64,000 nucleotides of DNA from an uncultured Candidatus Rokubacteria bacterium (GCA_963826115.1 CAWGVS010000012.1:224001-288000); one strand, 5' to 3'; counted from the first letter of the stretch, positions 48,825 through 58,137 are shown. Program-made: numbers and translations. The notes: generated from the sequence alone by a model not told the origin.

Positions 48825-49973
48825 CTACGCGGTCGGGGTCAGCCGCGCGGCCCGCGTCACGTGGTTGTCCCAGCGGGCCGCGGAGATGAACGGCGTGGAC
48901 AGGGCCGTCGTCCGGCCTTCGCGCGGATCCACGCGCACGGCCCCGCCGCGGCCACTGGTCAGGAGGAACGCGCCGGACGTCTCGTCGGCCGCGAGGCCGC
49001 ACCCGTCCGGGAGGTCGACCGTGCCGACCACGGCGGCCGTCGCGAGCTCCCAGAAGACCGCCACGCCGCCGCGCGGACACGAGACTCCGAGGAGCGTGCC
49101 CGTGGCGTCGACCGCCGCGGCGCCGCAGTACCCGCGCATGCGCGGCGTCACCGCCGGCCCCGCGTCGAGCACGGTCAGGCCAGCGCGGCGGCGCCAGACC
49201 GCCGCCAGGGGCACGAGGTCGTCCACGTCACCCTCGTCCTGGGCGGCGACCGCGATCAGGTCGCCCTGTCCGATCGCCAGGTGCCGAAGGCTCAACCGCC
49301 AGAACGGCTCGGGCAACCGCCCCTCGGCGAGGAGACGCCCGTCGCGCGCCGCGAGGAGCGCGAGGGTCGGGCGCATCCGGTCACGGTCGAGCTTGACGCC
49401 CGGCGCGTCGGCGTGCGTCACGATGCCGCCGTTGGCGACCACCAGCGTCTGCCCGTCCCCGAGGACCGCCACCTCGTGAGGGCCGACGCCGTGGCTCGCG
49501 ACCTCCCCGATTCGCCGGTATCCGCGATCGGGATCGTAGCGGCCGATGAGGCCCTTCCCCTCGTCCCCGACCTCCTCGGTCGCGCAGAGGAGCCCGCCGT
49601 CGCCCGTGTAGGTCCCGTGGCCGCAGAAGTGCCGGCCCGGCGCCGCCTCGATCGTGGCGAGGGCGCGCCCGCCGACGAGGTCGATCACGGTCGCCGTGCG
49701 TCCGGGTCGCCGCGAGAACAGAACCGCCTCCGGCCGGCGCGGGTGCACGGCGAACGCGTGGCCCCGCCCGGCCAGGACGACGTCGAGCGCCGGCGCGCCC
49801 GTCGCGTCGAAGCCGCTCGCGTGCGGCTGGCCGAGCGTGTCGTTCCGCGCGCTCAGGTAGAGCGCGCCGCCGGGCGCCGAGTCCGCGGCGCTCGGCGTCA
49901 GGAGCAGCGCGCCCAGCCCCGCGAGGAGCGCTCGACGGGTCAGGGGGCCGGGCTCAGTCGCCGTCGAGCGCAT
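48825..49973 (-). CDS. DUF1513 family beta-propeller protein, Tat signal
   Basis: TRRALL; RGH, RRPG, GRHFCGHG, GVGPHE, ANGGI, SLRHL, WDNH. Confidence 0.88.
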   Translation of the reverse strand: MRSTATEPGPLTRRALLAGLGALLLTPSAADSAPGGALYLSARNDTLGQPHASGFDATGAPALDVVLAGRGHAFAVHPRRPEAVLFSRRPGRTATVIDLVGGRALATIEAAPGRHFCGHGTYTGDGGLLCATEEVGDEGKGLIGRYDPDRGYRRIGEVASHGVGPHEVAVLGDGQTLVVANGGIVTHADAPGVKLDRDRMRPTLALLAARDGRLLAEGRLPEPFWRLSLRHLAIGQGDLIAVAAQDEGDVDDLVPLAAVWRRRAGLTVLDAGPAVTPRMRGYCGAAAVDATGTLLGVSCPRGGVAVFWELATAAVVGTVDLPDGCGLAADETSGAFLLTSGRGGAVRVDPREGRTTALSTPFISAARWDNHVTRAARLTPTA

Positions 49974-51090
49974 TGAATCCGAGCGGGAGGTCGAGCGCGG
50001 TGGTGAGGTGCTCGGCCACGGCGTGGCTCAGGCCTCGAACCTCCTTCAGGAGGCGCGCGACCGCGGGGCGCGTCCGCGGGGTCTTCACCGCCACGTCGAG
50101 GGTGCCCGGAATCCGGTCGGCCGCCGCGATGCAGGCGTCGAAACCGCGGCGCAGCCGGGCGTCGATCTCGGGCGCCGCCGCGACCTCCCGGACGAAGTCG
50201 CTGAGCCCCCATCCGCCGTCGCCGAGATAGAGCGCGCGGGCGGCGGCCAGGTTCAGCCGTAGGTTCCGGAGCGACCGGCCGCTCCGCCATTCCTCGGCCA
50301 GCATCGGACGGGCCCCCGCCACGGAGGGCCCGAGCGGCCGGGCGAGCTTGAGGCTCTCGATCCGCTGGAGCGCGCCGTGGAGGCTCCGGAGGAGCTCCAT
50401 CGTGGCGTCCTTCGGCTCCGGGTAGGCCGCGTTCCCGGGCCCCGCGGTTTCCATCCGGCGCGCGTACGCGGTCTCGCCGCCGGTCCACTCGCGGTGCACC
50501 TCGCCGGCGATCGTGGTCGCGTTCCGCGCGATCGCTTCGAGCACCTGGCAGCGACGCGCCGTCTCGTCACCGCCTCGCCGGAAGGCCGCCAGCGCGCCCT
50601 CGTCGAAGAGGAGACGCTCCACCGCCGGGAGCCCCTGGACGGCCGCGCTGACGTGCCGGAAGCCCTCGACGGTCAGGACCGCCGCGTCGCGTCCGGCGAG
50701 GAGCTCCGCGAGCTGCCGTCCCGTGGCGTTCCGGGGATCGGGCCAGAACGCGAACCGCTCGGCGCGGAGGCGTGACTGGATCGGTCCGGCCTGGACGTGC
50801 TCGACAGTTTGCCAGGCGTCGGCGGCCCCGTGATACGCGGTCCGGACCTCGTCGAGCGCCGCGGTCGCCGGCGCCTCGCAGAAGCGGCGGGCGGCGGCCT
50901 CCAGGTCGGCGGTCGCGCCGGCGAGCCGCGCATAGCGGGGCACCACGTGATGCGTGACGAACGACTCGTTCAGTCGCCGGTACGCCGGCTCGCGCTCCGC
51001 GTCGGCGCCGGCAGGGCCCGCGAGCAGGACGGTCCACACCGCGGCCAGGACGACCGCCCGCCACGACCCTCCTCGCCGGGTGGACGTCAC
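49954..51090 (-). CDS. Imelysin family protein (second, inactive type)
   Basis: Signal peptide; FWPD, QGLPAVERLLF, EWRS, C-terminal GFNALDGD. Confidence 0.88.
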   Translation of the reverse strand: MTSTRRGGSWRAVVLAAVWTVLLAGPAGADAEREPAYRRLNESFVTHHVVPRYARLAGATADLEAAARRFCEAPATAALDEVRTAYHGAADAWQTVEHVQAGPIQSRLRAERFAFWPDPRNATGRQLAELLAGRDAAVLTVEGFRHVSAAVQGLPAVERLLFDEGALAAFRRGGDETARRCQVLEAIARNATTIAGEVHREWTGGETAYARRMETAGPGNAAYPEPKDATMELLRSLHGALQRIESLKLARPLGPSVAGARPMLAEEWRSGRSLRNLRLNLAAARALYLGDGGWGLSDFVREVAAAPEIDARLRRGFDACIAAADRIPGTLDVAVKTPRTRPAVARLLKEVRGLSHAVAEHLTTALDLPLGFNALDGD

Positions 51091-51099
51091 GGGACGATC

Positions 51100-52683
51100 C
51101 TAGAGCGACCCCAGGAACGCCAGCAACGCCTCGCGCTCCTCGGGAGTCATCCGGACGACGCGCTGCTTGGCGGCCTCCGCCTCGCCGCCGTGCCAGAGCA
51201 CCGCCTCGAGGAGACTCCGCGCGCGGCCGTCGTGCAGGAAGCGCGTGTGGCCGCTGACGACGGGCGTGAGGCCGATGCCCCAGAGCGGCGGCGTCCGCCA
51301 CTCCTGTCCGGTGGCCCGCCCTTCCGGCCGGTCGTCGGCGAGCCCTGGCCCCATGTCGTGCAGCAAGAGATCCGTGTAGGGCCAGATGAGCTGGCGGCTC
51401 AGCTCGGGCCGCTCGGGCTCGACGCGCGTCAGGTACTTCGCCGTGTGGCACGCCGGACAGCCCGTCCGATAGAAGGCCCGCTTCCCGCGCAGCACCTCCG
51501 GAGCGTCGACGCGACGTCGGAGCGGCACCGCGAGGTTCCGGGCGTAGAAGACGACCAGGTCGAACATCGTGGGCGCGACCTCGACGCCGGGAGGCTCGTC
51601 CGCCCCGGACGGCGCGCCGCGACAGAGCGCCTGGGCCGCCGTGCAGTCTCCCGCCGCCGCGGGCAAGAGCTCCGTCGACAGCCCCATGTCGCCGCTGAAC
51701 GCGCCCGCCGTCTGGTCCCGGATCGTCGCGCGGGCCGCCTTCCAGCCGAACCGACCGAGCATCGGCCGCCCGTGCTCCATGCTCCACACGGAGTTCGGAC
51801 GTCCCGAGATACCGTCGCCGTCGCGGTCGTCGGGATCCGCGCGCGCCAGGATGTCGGCTTCGTCCACCAGCTCCAGCAGGCCGAGCCCGATCATCGGTGC
51901 CGCCACCCGGGGCGAGACGAGAACGTCCGATCGCATCGGCCCGTACCCGAGATCCACGATCTGATAGCGGGGCCGCCGCAGGTGGACGATCGCGCCGCCG
52001 TGGAGGGCCACTGGGCGGTCCTCGTAGGTGATCCGCACGCGGGCCTCGGGTGCGTGGCCCTGGATCGCGAACCCCTGGAGCTGCCCCCCGTAGGTCGGCT
52101 CCGGCACGATCGTCTGCCGGCCTTCCTCGATCGCCTGGCGCTCGGCGTCCGTGCCCGGCGGCACGCTCAGCCGGAACAGCATCGTGGTGCCATCTCCGTC
52201 CGGCCACCGGCCGCCATCGGCGGGGTGCCCGCGGCCATCCTTCAGGTGACAGCTCTGGCAGGAGCGGGCGTTGTAGAGGGGGCCGAGCCCGTCCGACGAC
52301 TTCGTGGACGACGGCGCCGAGACCCACAGCTTCCGGAAGATCCCGTCGCCGACCTTGAAATCGAGCTGCTGCGCGAAGGTGAGGGTCGACGAGAAATGGG
52401 AGAACGAGCTGCGGCCGACCGCGTGGCGCGACGTCGCCGCGCCGCCCGGCAGCTCCTCGTCGGGCTCGGGCGCCGAGAAGTCGCGGGGCGGCGCGAGCAG
52501 CGCCGCCCGATCGGTGGCGTCGAGACCCGGCGCCGGCGGGGACTCCGGCCCGTCGGCGCCGAGGACCCCCGCCAGCACGACCAGTCCGGCCGCCGCGGCC
52601 AAGAGGGCGCCCAGCGCGGCCCGGGGCAGGCGGGGGGCGAGTCCCGCGCCTCGCCCCCTGTCCGCTCCCCGCGCCGCTTGCAT
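51100..52683 (-). CDS. Di-heme oxidoreductase (DHOR/DUF1111) family protein
   Basis: DGLGPLYNARSCQSCH, YGGQLQ, GRFGWKA, CPACH, YTDLLLHDMG, WRTPPLWG, LHDGRAR. Confidence 0.92.
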   Translation of the reverse strand: MQAARGADRGRGAGLAPRLPRAALGALLAAAAGLVVLAGVLGADGPESPPAPGLDATDRAALLAPPRDFSAPEPDEELPGGAATSRHAVGRSSFSHFSSTLTFAQQLDFKVGDGIFRKLWVSAPSSTKSSDGLGPLYNARSCQSCHLKDGRGHPADGGRWPDGDGTTMLFRLSVPPGTDAERQAIEEGRQTIVPEPTYGGQLQGFAIQGHAPEARVRITYEDRPVALHGGAIVHLRRPRYQIVDLGYGPMRSDVLVSPRVAAPMIGLGLLELVDEADILARADPDDRDGDGISGRPNSVWSMEHGRPMLGRFGWKAARATIRDQTAGAFSGDMGLSTELLPAAAGDCTAAQALCRGAPSGADEPPGVEVAPTMFDLVVFYARNLAVPLRRRVDAPEVLRGKRAFYRTGCPACHTAKYLTRVEPERPELSRQLIWPYTDLLLHDMGPGLADDRPEGRATGQEWRTPPLWGIGLTPVVSGHTRFLHDGRARSLLEAVLWHGGEAEAAKQRVVRMTPEEREALLAFLGSL

Positions 52684-52697
52684 CGAGACCCGCCTGG

Positions 52698-53987
52698 CTA
52701 CTTCTTCTTGTCCTTGGCCACGTCGTCCGGCTTGTCCAGGCTGTCGGAGCCCTCGAACTTGATCGCCTTCAGCTTCAGCGCCGCGACGACCCGCTCGAAC
52801 GTCTTCGTCTGGTCCACCAGCCCGTCGATGACCGCCTGGACGACGGCGTTCCCCTCGGGGTTGTTGGGGCCGATCATCTGATCGTACCGCTCCTTCGTCT
52901 CGGCCCGCTCCTTCAGCCGCCGCACGGCGGCCAGCGTCGTCTCGAGCTTCGTCGCCATCTCGCGCTGGAGGTCCGGCGCCACCTCGCCGAGCAGCGCCGC
53001 GAGCGACGGGCCCTGGACCACGCGGCCGTCGACCCGCACGTAGCGGCCGTTGTAGACGTTCGACATGCCGACGATGTCGTAGTAGTGCGAGTTGTGCGTG
53101 TTGTCCGAGAAGCAGTCGTGCTCCTCCTCGGGGTCGTGGAGGAGGAGACCGAGCTTCATCCGCTCGCCCGCCAGCTCTCCGTACGACAGGCTCCCGAGGC
53201 CGGTCAGGATCGCGGCGAGCCCGGTATCCGGCCGACCCTTGGTGAGCTCCTTCCGCGCCTGTCCGCCCGGGGCAAACTGCCGCGCGATCCAGGCCAGGTC
53301 CTCGACGAGCAGCTCGGAGGCGGCCGTGAGGTACTGGGCGCGCCGGTCGCAGTTGCCGTGCGTGCAGCTCGTCCGGCTGTAGTCGGTCCACGGCCGGTTG
53401 CCCGCGCCCGGCCCTGTCCCGTTGAGGTCCTGTCCCCAGAGGAGGAACTCGATCGCGTGGTAGCCGGTGGCCACGTTCGCCTCGACGCCGCCGATCTCGT
53501 GCAGCTCGTGCAGGACCTTCTTGGTGATCGTGGACGCGTCCAGGCTCTTCGCGCCGACCTTGAGGCGCTTGTTCGCGATCACGTTGGCGGTGTAGTAGGG
53601 GTTCGAGTCCGACGCGTTGCCGTACTGCCCCTCGACGTAGTCGATCAGCCCCTCGTCCAGCGGCCAGGCGTTGACCTTCCCCTCCCACTCGTCCACGACG
53701 CTGTTCCCGAAGCGGAACACCTCGGACTGCATGTAGGGCTCGCGCGCCGCGATCCACGCCTCGCGCGCGGCCTGGAGGGTGGCCTCGCTGGGGTTGTCCA
53801 CCAGCGCCTTCGTCGCCTTCTGGAGCCGGCGGGCGCGCGCGAGGGCGTCCTCGTAAATCGCCTGCCCGATGTCCGCGTACGTCTTCACGACATCGGCGCG
53901 GTCGGTCTGCGCGACACCCGGCGGCGGCGCGCTCAGGACGAACGTCGCCGCGAATCCCGCGACGAGGGCGGCTCGTACGAATCTCAT
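52698..53987 (-). CDS. Imelysin/IrpA-like iron-regulated protein (peptidase M75 family)
   Basis: Signal peptide; VNAWPLDEGLIDYV, TGYHAIEFLLWGQD (GxHxxE), EEEHDCFSDNT; GGAGGAG RBS. Confidence 0.92.
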   Translation of the reverse strand: MRFVRAALVAGFAATFVLSAPPPGVAQTDRADVVKTYADIGQAIYEDALARARRLQKATKALVDNPSEATLQAAREAWIAAREPYMQSEVFRFGNSVVDEWEGKVNAWPLDEGLIDYVEGQYGNASDSNPYYTANVIANKRLKVGAKSLDASTITKKVLHELHEIGGVEANVATGYHAIEFLLWGQDLNGTGPGAGNRPWTDYSRTSCTHGNCDRRAQYLTAASELLVEDLAWIARQFAPGGQARKELTKGRPDTGLAAILTGLGSLSYGELAGERMKLGLLLHDPEEEHDCFSDNTHNSHYYDIVGMSNVYNGRYVRVDGRVVQGPSLAALLGEVAPDLQREMATKLETTLAAVRRLKERAETKERYDQMIGPNNPEGNAVVQAVIDGLVDQTKTFERVVAALKLKAIKFEGSDSLDKPDDVAKDKKK

Positions 53988-54016
53988 GACACTCCTCCCC
54001 GCGTCCCGGCGGGCGC

Positions 54017-55432
54017 TCACTTGTAGGTCACCGACACCTTGCCGAACAGCTCGTGCTGGTCCGACGCGGCGGTCTGCCGGGCCGCGCCCCCGCGCTCGAG
54101 ATCGCTGTACCGGTACTCGCCGGACAGGCCGACGCTGATGTCACCCTTCTCGTAGATGATCCAGCCCGCGCCGAGGCTGATCCGGTTGCGGACCGACCAC
54201 ACCCCGGTCGTGCTCGCCAGGCCGTCGTCCCAGAAGTGGGTGTAGCGCAGGCCGAGCTCCACCTTCTCGATCGGCCGGTAGTAGAGCCCGAAGCTCACCT
54301 GCTTCTCCTTGAAGCTCCGGCCGAGCCGCACGGGCGTCGTGGTCGACTCCCCGGTGGCGGGATCGGTGGCGCTGATCTGCTGGACGTAGTCCTCGCGGGA
54401 GAGCGCCATGTAGAACTCCGCCTCGGCGGTCAGCGGTCCCCAGGTGTAGCCGCCCCAGAGACCCGCGGTCTGGTTCCGCCGGCCCGCGCCCGGCTCGCTC
54501 GAGATCCCGCCCCCGACCGTGAGGTCCGGCAGCGGCGTGACGTTCACCGCTCCGATGAACGACTGGATGTTGTCGGACGCGTCGGCCAGCCCGACCGAGC
54601 TCGCGCGGACGATGGTCACGTTGTCGAAGAGCGTGGACCCGAAGAAGTGATCCATCAGCTCTTCCTGCCGATAGGCGGTGAAGGAGGCGTCCAGGCCCCA
54701 CAGCGCCTTGTTCTTGTAGCCGAGAGTCACCCCGACCTGGTTCGCCTCGTAGGCGTCCTTGGACGGCGTGTCCGTGACGAGGTGCTCATAGAAGGCGCCG
54801 AAGGGCTGCGTCCGCTTGCCGATCACGAAGTAGAGGGGGAATCCGTCCTCCTGCTCGAACGTGATCGTCGCCTCGTCGACCACCACCGCGCTGTCGGCCT
54901 CGGCGCCGCCGTCCGTGGTGTCCGACCCGAAGTACTCGCTCTTGAGCACCAGCTTGCCGGTGATGTAGTCGGTGGGCTTGAACTCGAAGTCGACCTCGGC
55001 GTCGCGGAGGAAGATGTCGGAGGTCGAGCCGCTGTTGCGGTCGCCGAGATTGCCGTAGCGCCGCCAGCGCACCTCGCCCTCCAGGGTCACCGAGATCGAG
55101 ATCGCCGCCTCGTCCTTCTCGGCCATCTCGGTCAGGATCTCGTTGCGCACCTGGCCGACGGCCTCGTTGAGCTGCGCCTCGGTCACGGGGGCCTGACCGG
55201 GAGCCGGCGCCGCCGAGGCCGGTGCGGGCGCGGGGACCGGCGACGCGGGAGCCGCCGCCTTCTGCGCGGCCTCCTCGGCGGCCATCTCGCGCTTCAGGGC
55301 GTCGACATCCTCCTGGGTGAGGATGCCCTTCCGGATCAGGAGCTTCAGCAGGGCGTCGTCCGACCCGGCCTGGGCCGGCGTCACGCCGAGGAGTCCCACC
55401 ATGAGCACCGCCAAGAGCCCGACCCTGCGCAT
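54017..55432 (-). CDS. Outer-membrane beta-barrel porin, LbtU-like
   Basis: Signal peptide AQA; LLKLLIRKGILT leader, Pro/Ala linker, SDIFL..AE, VDEATIT, GK..PFG.F..HLVTD, amphipathic strands ending in VSVTYK. Confidence 0.72.
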   Translation of the reverse strand: MRRVGLLAVLMVGLLGVTPAQAGSDDALLKLLIRKGILTQEDVDALKREMAAEEAAQKAAAPASPVPAPAPASAAPAPGQAPVTEAQLNEAVGQVRNEILTEMAEKDEAAISISVTLEGEVRWRRYGNLGDRNSGSTSDIFLRDAEVDFEFKPTDYITGKLVLKSEYFGSDTTDGGAEADSAVVVDEATITFEQEDGFPLYFVIGKRTQPFGAFYEHLVTDTPSKDAYEANQVGVTLGYKNKALWGLDASFTAYRQEELMDHFFGSTLFDNVTIVRASSVGLADASDNIQSFIGAVNVTPLPDLTVGGGISSEPGAGRRNQTAGLWGGYTWGPLTAEAEFYMALSREDYVQQISATDPATGESTTTPVRLGRSFKEKQVSFGLYYRPIEKVELGLRYTHFWDDGLASTTGVWSVRNRISLGAGWIIYEKGDISVGLSGEYRYSDLERGGAARQTAASDQHELFGKVSVTYK

Positions 55433-55522
55433 CTCGACCTCCCGGTCCGGTCAGGACCGTCGTTCAGGCGCGGGGCGTGGGGCCGCTGGCCGCTGGGACA
55501 CCGCTTCGCGTCGCGAACCGCG

Positions 55523-55753
55523 TCAGCCCGTGCGGGGGCCGCACACCTCGCAGGTCGAGAGCCCCGCCACCGGCAGGACGACCACCCGCTTGCAACGCCG
55601 ACACTTCAGCTCCACCCCGCCCGGCCGGAGCCGCGCCAGGAGACTCCCGCAGCCGCACCGGCAATCGCGCGCGGGATCCGTCACCGAGGGCTCCAGCCGG
55701 ACGTCGGGCGCGCGATCCGGCACGCGACCGGACGGCGCGGGGCGGGAGGTCAT
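55523..55753 (-). CDS. Small Com-like zinc-ribbon protein (76 aa)
   Basis: CRCGCGSLLAR...VELKCRRCKR plus a C-terminal CEVC; AGAGGAG RBS. Confidence 0.7.
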   Translation of the reverse strand: MTSRPAPSGRVPDRAPDVRLEPSVTDPARDCRCGCGSLLARLRPGGVELKCRRCKRVVVLPVAGLSTCEVCGPRTG

Positions 55754-55809
55754 CCGGAACTCTTCTCCTCTTCGTCGGGAACCGGCCCTTGCGTCGGGCC
55801 AACCAGAGC

Positions 55810-55841
55810 GTTAAGTATCCTTAACTCAATCGCCCTGTCAA
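55810..55841 (-). promoter_or_regulatory. Promoter (-35 TTGACA) with an overlapping AT-rich palindromic operator, probably for a metal-responsive repressor
   Basis: Minus strand TTGACA (55841-55836)...GATACT; GTTAAG-TATC-CTTAAC inverted repeat at 55810-55825 overlapping the 19-bp TTAAGT-N7-ACTCAA (55811-55829). Confidence 0.65.
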
Positions 55842-55996
55842 CCCTAATTCGTGGACGTCGCCCGCCGCGCCGCCGGGCGCCCGGGGGCCGACCCGCCTGG
55901 CCAGTGCACCGCCCGGCGTGGGGACGGGCTCTCGATCGGAGTGGCCTATACTCGGGCCCGGACTCGCGCCCGGATGACGGGCGCCCTGGAGGCGTG

Positions 55997-56887
55997 ATGG
56001 CGAGCGACCCCGGCCCGGGCCTGGTGGTGGGCACCGGCGACTTCGTCTACGACGTGGTGCGACCCTGGGGCGCGCTGCCCCCCGGCTGGACCCTGGGGCT
56101 CGTCAGCCACGTCGCCGTGGACTCGCGGGATCGCGTGTACTTCTACCAGCGCAAGGACCCGCCGGTCCTCATCTTCGACGAGGCCGGCCACTTCCTCGAC
56201 GGCTGGGGCAGCCAGCGGCTCCGCGACGCACACGGGATCTTCATCGGTCCCGACGACCACGTCTACCTCTGCAACCGGGACGAGCACGAGGTGCTGAAGC
56301 TCACGCGCGAGGGACGTGTCGTGCTGACCTTGGGTCACCGGGGCCGACCCGCCCTCCAGGCGCCGTTCAATCACCCCGCCGACGTTGCCGTATCCCCCGA
56401 CGGCGAGATCTACGTGGCGGACGGGTACGGGAACTCGTCGGTGCACCGGTTCTCGGCCGACGGTCGGCACCTCGGCTCGTGGGGCGCGCCCGGAGCGGAG
56501 CGCGGACAGTTCACGACTCCGCACGGCATCTGGGTCGACCGCCCGGACCGCGTGCTGGTCGCCGACCGGGAGAACAACCGGGTCCAGCTCTTCAGCCCCG
56601 AGGGCGATTACTACGACGAGTGGCGAGACCTCTACCATCCGATGGACATCTACGTCGACGCCGCCGGCATCGTGTACGTGACCGACCAGATCCCGCGCAT
56701 CAGCATGTACGCGCCGGACGGCCGGCTCCTGGCGCGGGGGCGCCCGGTGAACGTGGGCGCCCACGGCGTGTGGGGCGACTCGCGCGGGAACCTCTACCTC
56801 GCCGAGGTCGGCGTGAACCAGGTGACCAAGCTCGTCCGGCGACACCCCGTCGCCCCCGAGCCCCCACCCGGGCCGGCCCGTCCATGA
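55997..56887 (+). CDS. NHL-repeat beta-propeller protein (PAL-like)
   Basis: FNHPADVAV..DG.IYVADGYGN, FTTPHGI, VADRENNRVQ. Confidence 0.88.
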   Translation: MASDPGPGLVVGTGDFVYDVVRPWGALPPGWTLGLVSHVAVDSRDRVYFYQRKDPPVLIFDEAGHFLDGWGSQRLRDAHGIFIGPDDHVYLCNRDEHEVLKLTREGRVVLTLGHRGRPALQAPFNHPADVAVSPDGEIYVADGYGNSSVHRFSADGRHLGSWGAPGAERGQFTTPHGIWVDRPDRVLVADRENNRVQLFSPEGDYYDEWRDLYHPMDIYVDAAGIVYVTDQIPRISMYAPDGRLLARGRPVNVGAHGVWGDSRGNLYLAEVGVNQVTKLVRRHPVAPEPPPGPARP

Positions 56888-57798
56888 GGCTCGCCGTCAT
56901 GGGCGCCGGCGCCGTCGGCGGCTACATCGGCGCGCGGATGGCCGCCGCCGGGGCGGAGGTGTCGCTCCTGGCGCGCGGGGCGCATCTCGCGGCGATCCGC
57001 GCGCACGGGCTCGCGGTCGAGAGCCCTCTCGGCGACACGCGGCTCGTGCCGGCCGCCGCCACGGACGACCCGGCGACGGTGGGGCCGGTGGACGTCGTCC
57101 TGCTGGCGACCAAGCTCTACGACGTGGAGGCGGCGGCCAGCGCGATCGGGCCGCTCGTGGGCCACGACACCGCCATCGTGTGCCTGCAGAACGGCGTCGA
57201 CGCCATGGACATCGTGGCCCGTCGCCACGGTCGCGCGCGCGTCGTGGGGGGCGTGGTCATGATCAACGGCGAGATCGTGGCGCCGGGCGTCATCCGTCAC
57301 CACGCGCTGAACCGCCTCACCCTGGGCGAGCTCGAGTGGCGCGAGGGGCGCCTCGCCCGCCTCGTGGCCCTCGGCAACCGCGCCGGGATCGAGACCGTCC
57401 CGAGCGACGACATCCGCCTCGACATCTGGCGCAAGTTTCTCGTCCTCGCGCCGATGGCGGCGCTGAGCGCCATGACCCGCGCGCCGCTCGGTGCGATCCG
57501 CGCGCACGCAGCGACGTGGCGGCTGGCCGAGCTCGGCATGCGGGAGGTGGTCGCGGTGGCGAACGCCCAGGGCGTCGCGCTCACCGAGGAGGACGTCCGG
57601 CGCACGCTCGCGTTCGTGCAGGGCATGCCCGACACCTGGCGGGCGTCCCTGGCTGCGGACCTCGCGCACGGGCGGCGCCTGGAGGTCGACTGGCTGGCGG
57701 GCGCCGTCGCACGGCTCGGCGACGCCGCGGGGATCGCCACTCCGTTCCACCGCGTCGCGCTCGGCGTGCTCGCGCCGCACGCCGCCGGCGCCCCCTGA
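56884..57798 (+). CDS. panE: 2-dehydropantoate 2-reductase family (PanE/ApbA)
   Basis: GAGAVGG, LQNG, WRKF, SL..DL..GRRLEVD. Confidence 0.85.
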   Translation: MRLAVMGAGAVGGYIGARMAAAGAEVSLLARGAHLAAIRAHGLAVESPLGDTRLVPAAATDDPATVGPVDVVLLATKLYDVEAAASAIGPLVGHDTAIVCLQNGVDAMDIVARRHGRARVVGGVVMINGEIVAPGVIRHHALNRLTLGELEWREGRLARLVALGNRAGIETVPSDDIRLDIWRKFLVLAPMAALSAMTRAPLGAIRAHAATWRLAELGMREVVAVANAQGVALTEEDVRRTLAFVQGMPDTWRASLAADLAHGRRLEVDWLAGAVARLGDAAGIATPFHRVALGVLAPHAAGAP

Positions 57799-57816
57799 GA
57801 GCCGGAAGGAGCCCCG

Positions 57817-58065
57817 ATGGACTTCGTGGAGGAGCGGGATTTCACCGTGAGGCTGGATCTCCGTTGCACGTTCGCCGACGGCTACGAGGGGGAGCTGGAC
57901 GGCTACGCGTGGCTGCGCGAGTTCCACGACCGCATCGCCCCGCGCCTGGTGGAGGCGGCGGTCCGCGCGATCCGCGCGCACCCCGGCTGGACGGTGCGCC
58001 CCGGTAACCGGGGCCGTGCGCTGGAGGACGAGGTGACGCTGATCGTGGAGCGGGCAGTCGACTGA
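57817..58065 (+). CDS. Hypothetical protein, 82 aa
   Basis: AAGGAG RBS; YEGELDGYAW, NRG...EDEV; GC3 bias. Confidence 0.75.
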   Translation: MDFVEERDFTVRLDLRCTFADGYEGELDGYAWLREFHDRIAPRLVEAAVRAIRAHPGWTVRPGNRGRALEDEVTLIVERAVD

Positions 58066-58083
58066 CAGGCGTCACGCCGCAGC

Positions 58084-58111
58084 CGGCCGGGCTCCGTCCG
58101 GAGCCCGGCCG
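58084..58111. terminator. Strong hairpin between convergent genes
   Basis: CGGCCGGGCTCC-GTCC-GGAGCCCGGCCG, perfect 12-bp stem. Confidence 0.6.
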
Positions 58112-58137
58112 ACCGAGACGTAACGCGTGTGAGGCGC

